Below are positions 1-11,848 of a DNA stretch of 64,000 nucleotides, in pieces. The translations under genes were made by a program, and so were the position numbers. The notes under the pieces are model-generated. The model was not told the DNA's origin. It saw nothing but the letters and a program-made list of their open reading frames with translations, and made no database searches. The first letter of the stretch is position 1; each line of letters begins with the position of its first letter. Origin of the DNA: Acidobacteriota bacterium (GTDB lineage Bacteria > Acidobacteriota > UBA890 > WLXD01); contig CAXWPL010000003.1 in the NCBI GenBank assembly GCA_963666215.2, positions 96,001 through 160,000 on the forward strand, given 5' to 3'.

Positions 1-233
1 ACCTGGACGCCCTCCTCCAGCTCGCCGGCGACCGCCTGGCGCACGAGATCGTCGATAGCGGCGAGGAAGGCCGCAAGAGTCTTGCCGGAGCCGGTGGGCG
101 CGGCGATGAGCGTGTGCCGCCCGGCCTGAATCGGGGCCCAGCCGCGACGCTGAGGCTCGGTGGGCCCGTCGAACACGCGCTCAAACCACTGCTGTACCGC
201 GGGATGAAAGTGGTACCCGGCATCGGCGGTCAT
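1..233 (-). CDS. lhr: N-terminus of Lhr-like DEAD/DEAH-box helicase (runs off window; apparent indel near 133-141)
   Basis: Manual minus-strand translation gives [32 protein letters not shown], then after a frame change [29 protein letters not shown] (Q motif and Walker A typical of Lhr). Not in the ORF track. Confidence 0.8.
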   Translation of the reverse strand, partial: MTADAGYHFHPAVQQWFERVFDGPTEPQRRGWAPIQAGRHTLIAAPTGSGKTLAAFLAAIDDLVRQAVAGELEEGVQ

Positions 234-378
234 GTCAGTGAAAGGCCTTCGGAGGTGCGTCGGCTGTCGTCATGGATCTCGATCTGGCTCGGGGGCGACT
301 GGAGCCGCGGCAACCGAGCTGAGATATTGGTGCCGCCCCGCCCCGAGGAATCTCTCCAGGGGCGTCCCAGGAGGTGTG

Positions 379-2031
379 ATGCGCGGCTTGATGATGGATG
401 TGCCGCTAACGGTTCGCATGCTACTCGACCGAGCCGAAGCTTTGTTCGGCGATCGCGAGATCGTCTCGCGGCGGCCCAATCGCTCCGTTCATCGGACCGA
501 TCTGGGAACCGTTGTGGGGCGCTCGCGCCGACTCGCCGCCGCGCTCCAGGGCCTGGGGATCGAGCGTGGCGACCGGGTCGCGACGCTGGCTTGGAATCAC
601 CACCAGCATCTGGAGGCCTACCTCGGAGTGCCCTCGATGGGCGCCGTGTTGCACACGCTCAACCTGCGACTGCACCCCGACGATCTGCTCTACATCATCA
701 ATCATGCAGGCGACCGCGTCCTCCTCGTCGACGAGGTGCTTCTGCCGCTGCTGGCCAGCATCCCTGACCTCGAATCGAAGACAAAGGTCGAGCACATCGT
801 CGTGATGTCGCAAGCAGAGACGTCGATCGACGACGCGCGCCCGCGCGCCGACGGCTACCTCGACTACGAGCAGATGCTGGCAGCCGCGCCCGCCGATTTT
901 GAGGCACCGGCAATCGACGAGCTCGACGCGGCGACGATGTGCTACACGTCGGGAACCACGGGTCGACCGAAGGGCGTCGTTTACTCGCACCGCTCGACCC
1001 TGTTGCACGCACTCGCCGTGTCGCTCCCCGACTCGCTGGCCATCGGCGAGCACACCGTGTGCCTGCCGGTGGTGCCGATGTTCCACGTCAATGCCTGGGG
1101 CCTTCCCTACGCTTGCACGATGGCGGGCGCCAAGCAGGTGTTCCCCGGCCCGCACATGGACGCCGCCAGCATCTGCGAGCTGCTCGCAAGCGAGCGCGTA
1201 ACCCTCACCGGAGGCGTGCCGACGATTTGGATGGGCATCCTCGAGCATCTCGACGGCGGCGAACCCGGCTACGACCTCAGCGCCATTGAGATGATGGCAG
1301 TTGGAGGAGCCGCCGTCCCCGAGGCGGTGATCGCGGCGTTCGAGCAGCGCCATGGATTGCGCGTGGTTCACGCCTGGGGCATGACCGAAACCTCCCCGCT
1401 CGGCACCGTGAGCAACCTCGGTCCGCGCCACGCCGAGCTCAGCGCAGACGAGGTGATGTCGCTGCGCTCGCGCCAGGGACGCATGGTGCCGCTGGTCGAG
1501 GTGCGAGCACGAAGTGACGACGGCGCCGTTCCGTGGGACGCCTCGACGATGGGCGAGCTCGAGGTGCGCGGGCCATGCGTGGCGGGCGCGTACTACGACG
1601 ACGACTCGCAGGCCGACCGCTTCACCGAAGACGGCTGGTTCCGTACCGGCGACATCGTCACCATTGATCCCGAGGGGTACATTCGCATCGAAGATCGGTC
1701 GAAAGACGTCATCAAATCGGGCGGCGAGTGGATCAGCTCGATCGCCCTCGAGAACGCGATCATGGCGCACCCGAGTGTTGAGGAAGCGGCGGTAATTCCG
1801 GTTGCCCACCCGCGATGGCAGGAGCGTCCACTGGCCGTGATCGTCCCGGCCAGCGCCGAGCCGGCGATCGAGATCGACGAGCTGCGCGAGTTCCTGGCGC
1901 CGCACTTTGCCAGCTGGTGGCTGCCGGACGCCGTCGAGGCGGTCGAGGAGATCCCGCGGACCTCGACCGGTAAGTTCCTGAAATCGGCGCTGCGCGAGCG
2001 CTTCCGCGACTACGAGCTTACGGACTCGTAG
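379..2031 (+). CDS. Long-chain fatty acid--CoA ligase (AlkK/DmdB-like acyl-CoA synthetase)
   Basis: YTSGTTGRPKG, WGMTET, FRTGD and DRSKDVIKSGGEWISS motifs; GGAGG RBS before ATG 379. Confidence 0.92.
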   Translation: MRGLMMDVPLTVRMLLDRAEALFGDREIVSRRPNRSVHRTDLGTVVGRSRRLAAALQGLGIERGDRVATLAWNHHQHLEAYLGVPSMGAVLHTLNLRLHPDDLLYIINHAGDRVLLVDEVLLPLLASIPDLESKTKVEHIVVMSQAETSIDDARPRADGYLDYEQMLAAAPADFEAPAIDELDAATMCYTSGTTGRPKGVVYSHRSTLLHALAVSLPDSLAIGEHTVCLPVVPMFHVNAWGLPYACTMAGAKQVFPGPHMDAASICELLASERVTLTGGVPTIWMGILEHLDGGEPGYDLSAIEMMAVGGAAVPEAVIAAFEQRHGLRVVHAWGMTETSPLGTVSNLGPRHAELSADEVMSLRSRQGRMVPLVEVRARSDDGAVPWDASTMGELEVRGPCVAGAYYDDDSQADRFTEDGWFRTGDIVTIDPEGYIRIEDRSKDVIKSGGEWISSIALENAIMAHPSVEEAAVIPVAHPRWQERPLAVIVPASAEPAIEIDELREFLAPHFASWWLPDAVEAVEEIPRTSTGKFLKSALRERFRDYELTDS

Positions 2032-2054
2032 CCCCCGTCCTACGAAGGCAGCCC

Positions 2055-3008
2055 ATGAACGAGCCGCGGCAGATTGCCAGCGCCACCCATCTGATAGACG
2101 TCCACTTCCTGGGACACCCCGACTACATCGGCTGCTACGTGCTCACGTCGGAAGCAGGCGTTGCGCTCATCGATCCGGGCCCGACCTCGACGCTCGTAGA
2201 GCTGCGCGCCGGCCTCGATCAACTCGGGATCGACGTGCGAGATGTTCGTTGGCTACTGCTGACGCACATCCACCTCGACCATGCGGCGGCCAGCGGAAGC
2301 CTGGTGCGACTCAACCCCTCGATGCGGGTGTACGTCCATTCACGCGGCGCCCGCCACATGATTGACCCCGATCGATTGATCGCCAGCGCCACGCGCTTGT
2401 ACGGCGATCAGATGGACACGATGTGGGGGGAGTTCCTGCCGGTGCCCGAGGCCAACGTCGTCGCCCTCGACGGTGGCGAAACGCTCGAGATCGCAGGACG
2501 TTGGCTGCAGGTCGCCTACACCCCCGGCCACGCGTCGCACCACGTCAGCTACTTCGACGATTCGACCCAACACGCGTACATCGGTGACACAGCTGGCATT
2601 CGCATCGACAATCGCCCTCGGGTCATGCCGGTCACGCCGCCGCCCGACATCGACCTCGGCGCTTGGCCCAAGAGCATCGAGGCGATCCGCTCGTGGAATC
2701 CGAGCGTGCTGTGCCCCACGCACTTCGGGCCGGCGCATCCGGTTGACGATCACCTCGACGAGCACGAGGCGCGACTGCGGCGCTGGGCCGCGATTGTGCG
2801 GGCCGACGTCGATGACTCCGATTCAGCCGGCGATGCCTTCAGCGCCGAGCGCTTCGACAGCGAAGAGCGGAGTCGGCTGGTTCGCGCGCTCGGCGAAGAG
2901 GACGGCGCGCACTACCTCCGGGGTGGCGGACTCTCCGACTCCTGGTTCGGTCTTGCGCGCCACTTCCGCAAGCTTGCCGAGCAGCGAAGCGACGGTCCTC
3001 GCGACTGA
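2055..3008 (+). CDS. MBL-fold metallo-hydrolase
   Basis: THIHLDH, TPGHASHH, GD and THFG metal-binding motifs. Confidence 0.9.
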   Translation: MNEPRQIASATHLIDVHFLGHPDYIGCYVLTSEAGVALIDPGPTSTLVELRAGLDQLGIDVRDVRWLLLTHIHLDHAAASGSLVRLNPSMRVYVHSRGARHMIDPDRLIASATRLYGDQMDTMWGEFLPVPEANVVALDGGETLEIAGRWLQVAYTPGHASHHVSYFDDSTQHAYIGDTAGIRIDNRPRVMPVTPPPDIDLGAWPKSIEAIRSWNPSVLCPTHFGPAHPVDDHLDEHEARLRRWAAIVRADVDDSDSAGDAFSAERFDSEERSRLVRALGEEDGAHYLRGGGLSDSWFGLARHFRKLAEQRSDGPRD

Positions 3009-3062
3009 GTCCGCGAGCGCCTCAGCTCGCCAAGACCGGCGATGGCACCGAAAAGCAGCCGG

Positions 3063-4568
<1,506 letters not shown>

Positions 4569-4669
4569 GGCTACGCGCCCGTTGCCTGTTGGCCCCGAAG
4601 GTCGGTCATCGAAACGGCGCTGAGACTATCATCTCGTTTCCAGCCTCCGCATTCCCTGAGGTAGATCCT

Positions 4670-5549
4670 ATGCAGCAGACCGAACGCATCACGGTGATCG
4701 GCGCCGGGACGATGGGTCACGGCATTGCTCAGGTAGCCGCTCAGGCGGGCTACACGATAACTCTCTACGACATCACGGTGGAGCTGGCGGAAGCCGGGTT
4801 GGAGCGCGTCCGCGCCAACCTCGACAAGGGAATCGAGCGCGGCAAGGTGACCGCTGAGCAGCGCCGCCGCTCTCAGTCGTCTGGCCTCGTCGGGCGATCT
4901 GCCCATCGCCGTTGATCAGGCCGATCTCGTAATCGAGGCCGTCCCAGAGAAGCTCGAGCTCAAGCACGAGGTCTTCAAGACGGTGAGCTCACACGCACCC
5001 TCGGGTGCTGTGCTCGCTACCAATACGAGCTCGCTGAGCGTCGCGTCGATCGCCCAGGCCGTGAGCCGTCCGGATCGGCTCATCGGAATGCACTTCTTCA
5101 ATCCGGTGCACATCATGGAGCTGCTCGAGATCGTTGTGCACGATCGAACGTCGCCGCAAACGCTCGAGACGGCACGGGCGGTGGGCGCCGCGATGGGCAA
5201 GACGGCGATCGTCGTCAGAGATTCGCCCGGCTTCGCCACCAGCCGCCTCGGCATCGCGCTCGGCCTCGAGGCGATGCGAATGCTCGAGTCGGGAGTCGCG
5301 AGCGCCGAGGACATCGACACTGCGATGGAGCTCGGCTACCGACACCCCATGGGGCCGCTCGAGCTCACCGATCTGGTGGGACTCGACGTTCGACTCGAGA
5401 TCGCGGAATACCTGCACGACAAGCTCGACGGCCGCGGAAAAAGCGGCAACGCCCGCTTCGAGCCGCCGGAGATCCTGCGAGACCTGGTGGCGGAAGGAAA
5501 TCTAGGCAAGAAGTCCGGGCGCGGCTTCTACGATTGGCCGGAGTCGTAG
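4670..5549 (+). CDS. 3-hydroxybutyryl/3-hydroxyacyl-CoA dehydrogenase (frameshifted near 4860-4910)
   Basis: VIGAGTMGHGIAQ in the first frame; ATNTSSLS, GMHFFNP and HPMGPLELTDLVGLD in the second. Confidence 0.85.
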
Positions 5550-6205
5550 GCCTCGCTGACCTCGTAGCGGCGATAAATCGCGTAGTCACCCTGCGGATAA
5601 CCGACCCCGCGCGCAACCCGGCTGAGGTAGGCCGTCTTGTCGAACATGTAGTCGAGCTGTGGGTTGTAGTAGATCACCCAAAGGTCGTGCGACGTGCTCG
5701 CCAACCACTCCTTGAAGCGCAAGAGCACCCGCGCCATCTGTCGCGCTCGGAACGGATTGAACAGGTACACCACCGTCGGCTGGTCGGGCAGATCGAGCTT
5801 CGCGGCGTCCTGGTGCCGCAGCTCGATGTCGCAAGCCTGCGTGGCGTCACCACGGGCTTTGCGCCAGCACGCGACGTTGCGGCAGGCAACGCGATGCAGC
5901 GCAGCCGATGCCTCGACCCCCACAACGCCAGCGAAAGGAATCGAGGCCGCCAGCAACGTGGCGCGCCCCTTGCCGGAGCCAATGTCGACGAACGCGTAGT
6001 CCTGGTGGCGAATCGGCAGCTCGCGCACCATCACCAGGAATGCATCGGTGTCGCTGGCCTCGTAGCCGACGCTCTGCACCGCAACCTCGCCGAGGTGACC
6101 CAAGCGCTCGGCGCGAATCTCGCCTGAGGTGTCGGTGCCGTAACGGCTGTCGAAGTCCAGCTCCAGCGGGCCACCGGAGCCGGGGCCTGACGTCACGCTC
6201 GGCAT
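5528..6205 (-). CDS. Class I SAM-dependent methyltransferase
   Basis: FVDIGSGKGR motif I and YLFNPF motif. Confidence 0.85.
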   Translation of the reverse strand: MPSVTSGPGSGGPLELDFDSRYGTDTSGEIRAERLGHLGEVAVQSVGYEASDTDAFLVMVRELPIRHQDYAFVDIGSGKGRATLLAASIPFAGVVGVEASAALHRVACRNVACWRKARGDATQACDIELRHQDAAKLDLPDQPTVVYLFNPFRARQMARVLLRFKEWLASTSHDLWVIYYNPQLDYMFDKTAYLSRVARGVGYPQGDYAIYRRYEVSEAYDSGQS

Positions 6206-6278
6206 GGGCGCGATGCTACGCCGTGTACGTCATGGGTATAGATCAGCGCCCGCAGCACCGCGATTGCCAGCGTGGGAG

Positions 6279-6908
6279 CTATTCGGCGGACTCGGGCCGA
6301 TAGTGCGCCTCGATCTCGATTGATATCCGGACTTCCTGACCCACCAAGAATCCGCCGGTCTCGAGCGTGCGGTTCCACACCAGTCCAAAGTCTTCGCGGT
6401 TGATCCGAGTGGTAGCCGAGAACGCCGCCGACTGAACCATCGCACCTCTGTTCTCCCGCTCCACCATCCCCCCGAGCTCGGCTCCCAGCGTCACCGATTG
6501 GGTGACACCCCGGATGGTGAGATCGCCGTCGATCTCGTAGAACCCCTCACCGATGTCGCGCGTTGTAGTGCTGACGAACGTCAACTCCGGATGCTCGGTG
6601 ACGTGAAGGAAGTCCTCCGACCGCAGGTGGTCGTCGCGGCTCTCGTTGGGAGTGTTGATGCTCGCCGCATCGATGGTCACCGAAACGCTCGAAGCGCTCG
6701 GGTCGTCGGGATCGAAGTTGAAAACGCCTGAAAAGGTGTCGAACCGGCCACTGACCATCGGAATCCCCAGGTGCCGAACCTTGAACTCAACGGCGCTGTG
6801 GTTCAGGTCGATGGTGTACTCGACAACATCGAGCGCCTGGCTGGGAACGACGACGGCAACGGTGGCTACCGCGGCGATCAGCAGCGCGGATCGTGCTCGG
6901 ATCTTCAT
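6279..6908 (-). CDS. yceI: YceI family periplasmic polyisoprenoid-binding protein
   Basis: Signal peptide; HSAVEFKVRH, RDDHLRSEDF, GDLTIRGVT and RINREDFG motifs. Confidence 0.92.
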   Translation of the reverse strand: MKIRARSALLIAAVATVAVVVPSQALDVVEYTIDLNHSAVEFKVRHLGIPMVSGRFDTFSGVFNFDPDDPSASSVSVTIDAASINTPNESRDDHLRSEDFLHVTEHPELTFVSTTTRDIGEGFYEIDGDLTIRGVTQSVTLGAELGGMVERENRGAMVQSAAFSATTRINREDFGLVWNRTLETGGFLVGQEVRISIEIEAHYRPESAE

Positions 6909-7090
6909 GTGAGCTTCCTTCAGGCGCGAGATCGAGCTTCTCTTGCGGCAGTCTAATCGTTCCGGCAGCGCGCATCCCGGCGCGCCGCAGGGGCCACAGT
7001 AGATCAGGAAAGCCGCGCTCGTCTGCCGGTGAATCGCGGCGCGCGGCCGTCGATCCTCCGATTGTGCCCCTAGCCAACGATGTGGCCTCG

Positions 7091-7460
7091 CTACCGGCCG
7101 GCGCCTGTCAGTTCTTTGGTTGCGAGCTCGATGCCCTGCCTGAGCATGGACACGAGCTGATCGATCTGGGCTCGGTCGATCACGAGCGGCGGAGACATCA
7201 CGCAGGTGTTGATCAACGGACGCACGAGAAGGCCGAGGCGCTGACAGTGCCGATCGACCAGGCGGCCGATCTCATAGTCCTGGCTGAGAACGGCGTCGTC
7301 GGCCCCCACGCCGCCAAGCGAGCACTCAACGGCGGCCATCAACCCGACACCACGAACCTCGGCAACAAGAGGCAGGTCGAGAAGCTCGCGAAGTCGCTCT
7401 TGAAAATAAGGACCGACGTCACGGACGTGCTCCAGGAGGCCGTTGCTCTCCATGAAGCTT
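7091..7460 (-). pseudogene. C-terminal fragment of a class III aminotransferase (5' part absent)
   Basis: MESNGLLEHVRDVGPYFQERL...VAEVRGVGLMAAVE...GLLVRPL...MSPPLVID; only ~120 aa, no PLP-Lys region. Confidence 0.75.
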
Positions 7461-7625
7461 CCAACGCGCTGGGCCGTGCAGAACTGGCAACAGGGCGACG
7501 TGGTGATGCGGGTTCCCGTGTTCGACATCGACGGTCATACGCTTTGGGGCGCCACCGCGATGGTTGTGGCAGAGCTGCTGACGCTGCTCGAGGCACCGCC
7601 CGCCCCCTGGAAGATCCCGGACTAG
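7461..7625 (+). pseudogene. C-terminal fragment of a CoA-pyrophosphatase-type Nudix hydrolase (5' part absent)
   Basis: VPVFDIDGHTLWGATAMVVAELL matches the WGATA C-terminus of NudL/PCD1-like enzymes; no Nudix box present. Confidence 0.65.
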
Positions 7626-7710
7626 CTGTCCCGGCCGGTCGGGTGGCGTCGCGAAGCCTGCGTTCCGCCGCGCGTTCGCCGGTGCGATGACCTCGGTATA
7701 GGCTTGCCGA

Positions 7711-8877
7711 ATGTCTGAAAACGAAAATAGAGGTAACCCGTCGACCGCAGCCCCGGGCGACACGAAACTCGATCGTCGGCGCTTCGTTCGCGGGGCCGCG
7801 GTATCAGCGCTTGCCGGCACCGCGACTGCTTGTTCCGGCGGTGAAGCCGGCGGGCCGGCGGTGCAGGCGACTCCGCGGGTACGATGGCGCCTGGCGTCGA
7901 GCTACCCACGCGGGCTCGACACGCTGTACGGCGTCAACGAGTATCTCGCCGAGCGCGTCGAGACCCTCTCGGAGGGCCGCTTCTCGATACGCCCCTACGC
8001 CGCCGGTGAAATCGTTCCGGGCCTCGAGGTCATGGACGCCGCGCAGCAGGGAACGGTCCAGGTCGGACATACGGCGAGCTACTACTACATTGGCAAGAAC
8101 CCGGCGCTGGCGTTCGACACCGGCGTACCGTTCGGCATGACCACGCGGCAGAAGTTCGCCTGGCTCTACGAGGCCGGCGGTGGCGAGCTCGTCAACCAGC
8201 TCTACGCTGACTTCAACATCCTCTCCTTTTCGGGCGGCAGCACCGGCACACAGATGGGCGGCTGGTTCCGCAACCAGCTCCACTCGCTCGACGACCTCAA
8301 CGGTCTCAGGATGCGCATCCCGGGCCTCGGCGGCGAGGTCATGCGTCGACTCGGCGTGACGGTTCAGGTGCTGGCTGGAGGCGACATTTACGCGTCGCTC
8401 GAGCGCGGCGCGATTGACGCCACCGAGTGGGTCGGGCCGTACGACGATGAGAAGCTCGGCTTCCAGCGCGTCGCCAGCAACTACTACTACCCCGGGTGGT
8501 GGGAGCCAGGACCCACGCTGGCGTTCATGGTCAACCGTGACGCCTGGGATGCGTTGCCGAGCACCTTCCAGGAGATCTTCCGCAGTGTGTCGATTGAGTC
8601 AGCGATGATCATGACGGCGCGCTACGACGCACTCAATCCGCCGGCGATGCAGCGGCTTCTGGCGGCAGGCGTGCAGATGCGCCCGTTCCCGAACGACATC
8701 ATGGTCGCTGCGCATCGGATTTCGTTTGAGCTCTACGAGGAACAGGCGGCGGCAGATCCTGCCTACCGCCGGATATACGAACAGTGGAAGGCGGCGCGCG
8801 CCTCGTTCTATGGCTGGTTCGACACCGCGGAGCAAGCGTACGCGAAATTCGCCTTTCCGCGGACAGGCGAGGTCTGA
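7711..8877 (+). CDS. dctP: TRAP transporter substrate-binding protein (TakP/DctP-type, Tat signal)
   Basis: DRRRFV Tat motif; QMGGWF, GLRMRIPGLGG, LERGAIDATEWVGPYDD and YYYPGWWE motifs. Confidence 0.92.
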   Translation: MSENENRGNPSTAAPGDTKLDRRRFVRGAAVSALAGTATACSGGEAGGPAVQATPRVRWRLASSYPRGLDTLYGVNEYLAERVETLSEGRFSIRPYAAGEIVPGLEVMDAAQQGTVQVGHTASYYYIGKNPALAFDTGVPFGMTTRQKFAWLYEAGGGELVNQLYADFNILSFSGGSTGTQMGGWFRNQLHSLDDLNGLRMRIPGLGGEVMRRLGVTVQVLAGGDIYASLERGAIDATEWVGPYDDEKLGFQRVASNYYYPGWWEPGPTLAFMVNRDAWDALPSTFQEIFRSVSIESAMIMTARYDALNPPAMQRLLAAGVQMRPFPNDIMVAAHRISFELYEEQAAADPAYRRIYEQWKAARASFYGWFDTAEQAYAKFAFPRTGEV

Positions 8878-9041
8878 GCGGAGCCGCCCCGCCCAACGGC
8901 AACCGCGGGCTCGCCGGGACGCCCGGCGGGATCGCGTCCGAGCACGTCGAATGTGCCTCAGCCGACGTTTTCGCCGTGATGAGTCGCAGCCCGCTGAGCT
9001 AGACTCAGGCGATCTGGTTCAAAATCGCAGGCGCTCTCAAG

Positions 9042-10376
9042 ATGTCGAAGTCCGATCCCGTGTGGCGACCGGTTCCACGCAATCTGCTCGGTTCCGCCGC
9101 CATCCTGCTCGTGCTGGTCGCAGCGGCTAGCTTCGCGTCGCCGTTCCTGGCCACACCGGTTGCTCAGCTCGACGAAAAGGCCCTGCTCGAGCGCCAGGGT
9201 CAAGCGATGTGCGGCATCGGCGGCTGCGGCTTCGGGCTCGACGGCTTCCCCGAGCCGTTCGTCGGCCCCGGCATCGCCGGCGCGCCCGGCCTGGTGGCAG
9301 CCCGCGCGGCTCTCCAGTTCGACTCGAGTGGTGTGAGGTTGTTGAGCTGGCTCACGACGCGCGATCTGAACGGATCGCCTACAGCCGGCAGCGACATCTG
9401 GGGCTACGTGTCGCCTTCGGGACGGGAGTACGCCATCGTCGGCCTGCAGAGAGGCACCGCGTTCGTCGATATCACCCGTCCGAACAGGCCCGACGTTCTC
9501 CAGGTGATCAAAGGTGGCAGCTCGGCTTGGCGCGACATGGCCGTTTACGACGAATTCGCCTACTCGGTCAACGAGCGCGGCGACGGGCTGCAGGTGATCG
9601 ACCTGCGCGACATCGACGCCGGCAATGTCAAGCTGCGCCAGAACCTCTAGCAATCCGGGCTGGAGACATCGCACAACGTGTTCGTTAACGAACAGAGTGG
9701 CTACCTCTACCTGCTGGGCTCCAACCTGTCGCGCGGCGGCCTGGTAGCCGTGGATCTCGCCGACCCTCTCAACCCGGTAATCGAGCCCATCAACTGGAAC
9801 GTCACTTATGTACACGACGTTCAGGTTGTGACGCTGAAGAAGGGCAAGAACGCCGGCCGTGAGATCGCTTTCGCCTTTACCGGTCCCATGGGATTGCACA
9901 TCATCGACGTCACCGACAAGGCCAACCCCAAGACGATCTCGAATCTGCGGTACAAGAACGCCACCTACGGGCACAGCGGTGCGCTGGCACCCAGCTACAA
10001 GTTCCTCTACATCAACGATGAGCTCGACGAGCGCTCCAACGCCGCCGTCAAACAGCTCACCACCTACGTCGTCAAAGTCAAGAACCTCGCCAAGCCGCGC
10101 CTGCTGCGGGCGGTCGTGCAGGATACCGAAGCCATCGACCACAACAGCATGGTCGCGGGCACGAACCTCTACATGTCCGCCTACACGGCTGGGCTGCGGG
10201 TGATGTCGATCAAGAACCGCAAGAGGCCCCGCGTCACGGGCTTCTTCGACACGTATCCCGCCGACGACAGCGCTACCTTCACGGGCGCCTGGGGCGTGTT
10301 CGCCGGCTTCCCATCGGGAAACGTCATCGTCTCCGACGTCGAGCGCGGCCTCTTCGTCCTGCGCGCGAAGTCGTAG
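9042..10376 (+). CDS. Choice-of-anchor B / LVIVD beta-propeller secreted protein, interrupted by in-frame TAG at 9648-9650
   Basis: ORFs 9042-9650 and 9678-10376 share one frame; SDIWGY, WRDM, SHNV, VHDV, NDELDE, DHN, GAWGVF and SDVERGLFVL motifs. Confidence 0.8.
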
Positions 10377-10519
10377 CTCGCCGCGAGGGCTGCTCAGCGC
10401 GCGGCCCCGGGTTTTGCGGGCTCTTCCCTGCTCTGGCGGAGTCTTCCGCGCGCTCTCAGGGTCCTCTCCAAGGGGGCCCGCTCTCATGGGCTCGTCCTGG
10501 TACCCCGCGCGACGTCCGC

Positions 10520-11848
10520 CTAGCGCCCGAGCAACACCGTAACGATGCCCGGGAAGAGAACAATCAGCAGCAGGCCAACCAGCTGGATCCCGATGAAGGG
10601 GATCGCGCCGCGGTAAATCTGCGAAGTGCGCACTTCGGGAGGCACCACGCCACGCAGATAGAAGAGCGCGAAGCCGAAAGGCGGCGTCAAGAAAGACGTC
10701 TGCAGGTTCATGCCGATCATGACGCCGAACCAAACCAGATCAACACCAAGCAGGCGTGCGGCCGGCACGAGCAGCGGGATGACGATGAACGCGATCTCGA
10801 AGAAATCGATGAAGAAGCCAAGAACGAAGATCATCAAGTTGGCGACAATCAGGAACCCCACGACCCCGCCAGGCAGATCGGTGAGCAGATCCTCAATCCA
10901 AAGATCGCCATCGAGGCCGCGAAAAACCAACGCGAAGGCCGTCGATCCGATAAGCAGAAACACGACCATGGACGTGAGCCTGGTGGTGTGATCCATGGCC
11001 TCGGTAATCGCGGCACGCGTCAGCCGGCCGTTGACCCAGGCCAGCAGCATCGCGCCCACGGCGCCAAGCGCCCCGGCCTCGGTCGGCGTGGCGATCCCCG
11101 CGAAGATGCTGCCCAGGACGATCAGAATGAGCACAAGCGGCGGCGCCATGACCATCAGGACCTGGCGCAGCAGCTCGAAGCCGACGGCGTCACGCTCTGC
11201 CGCCGGTAGCGCCGGCGCGGCGTCCGGGCGGACGATCGCGACGCCAATGACGTACACCGCGTAGAGGCCGGCAAGCATCAAGCCGGGTAGCAGGCCGCCG
11301 ATGAAAAGGTCTCCGACCGAAATACCCATCTGGTCGGCGAGAACCACGAGAACGACGCTCGGCGGAATGATCTGCCCCAGCGTCCCCGAGGCGGCAATGA
11401 CCCCCGCAGAAAGCTCGTCGGCGTAGCCGTATCGCCGCATGATCGGCAGGGAAATCAGTCCCATCGCCACGACAGAAGCGCCGACGACGCCGGTAGCCGC
11501 TGCCAGCAACGCGCCCACAAAGATCACCGCCAGCGCCAGCCCGCCGCGCAGCGGTCCGAAGAGCTTGCCGATTGTCTTCAACAGGTCCTCGGCGAGCCCA
11601 GACTTCTCCAGCATGGTGCCCATGAAAATGAAGAACGGCACCGCGAGGAGCACAAAGTTCGACATCACCCCGAAGATGCGTTGCGGCATCGCCTGCAACA
11701 GCGCCGCGTCGAAGTAGCCGGCAGCCACCCCGATTGCGCCAAAAAGCAATGCTGTGCCGCCGAGCGCGAAGGCCACCGGGAAGCCGGTGAAGATCAGCAC
11801 GAATACGCAGACGAACATCAACGGGCCCAGCGAGTCGCCCGCGAACAT
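10520..11848 (-). CDS. dctM: TRAP transporter large permease
   Basis: GFPVAFAL, GTLGQIIPPS, ATPTEAGA and QTSFLTPPFG motifs; start overlaps the dctQ stop. Confidence 0.93.
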   Translation of the reverse strand: MFAGDSLGPLMFVCVFVLIFTGFPVAFALGGTALLFGAIGVAAGYFDAALLQAMPQRIFGVMSNFVLLAVPFFIFMGTMLEKSGLAEDLLKTIGKLFGPLRGGLALAVIFVGALLAAATGVVGASVVAMGLISLPIMRRYGYADELSAGVIAASGTLGQIIPPSVVLVVLADQMGISVGDLFIGGLLPGLMLAGLYAVYVIGVAIVRPDAAPALPAAERDAVGFELLRQVLMVMAPPLVLILIVLGSIFAGIATPTEAGALGAVGAMLLAWVNGRLTRAAITEAMDHTTRLTSMVVFLLIGSTAFALVFRGLDGDLWIEDLLTDLPGGVVGFLIVANLMIFVLGFFIDFFEIAFIVIPLLVPAARLLGVDLVWFGVMIGMNLQTSFLTPPFGFALFYLRGVVPPEVRTSQIYRGAIPFIGIQLVGLLLIVLFPGIVTVLLGR

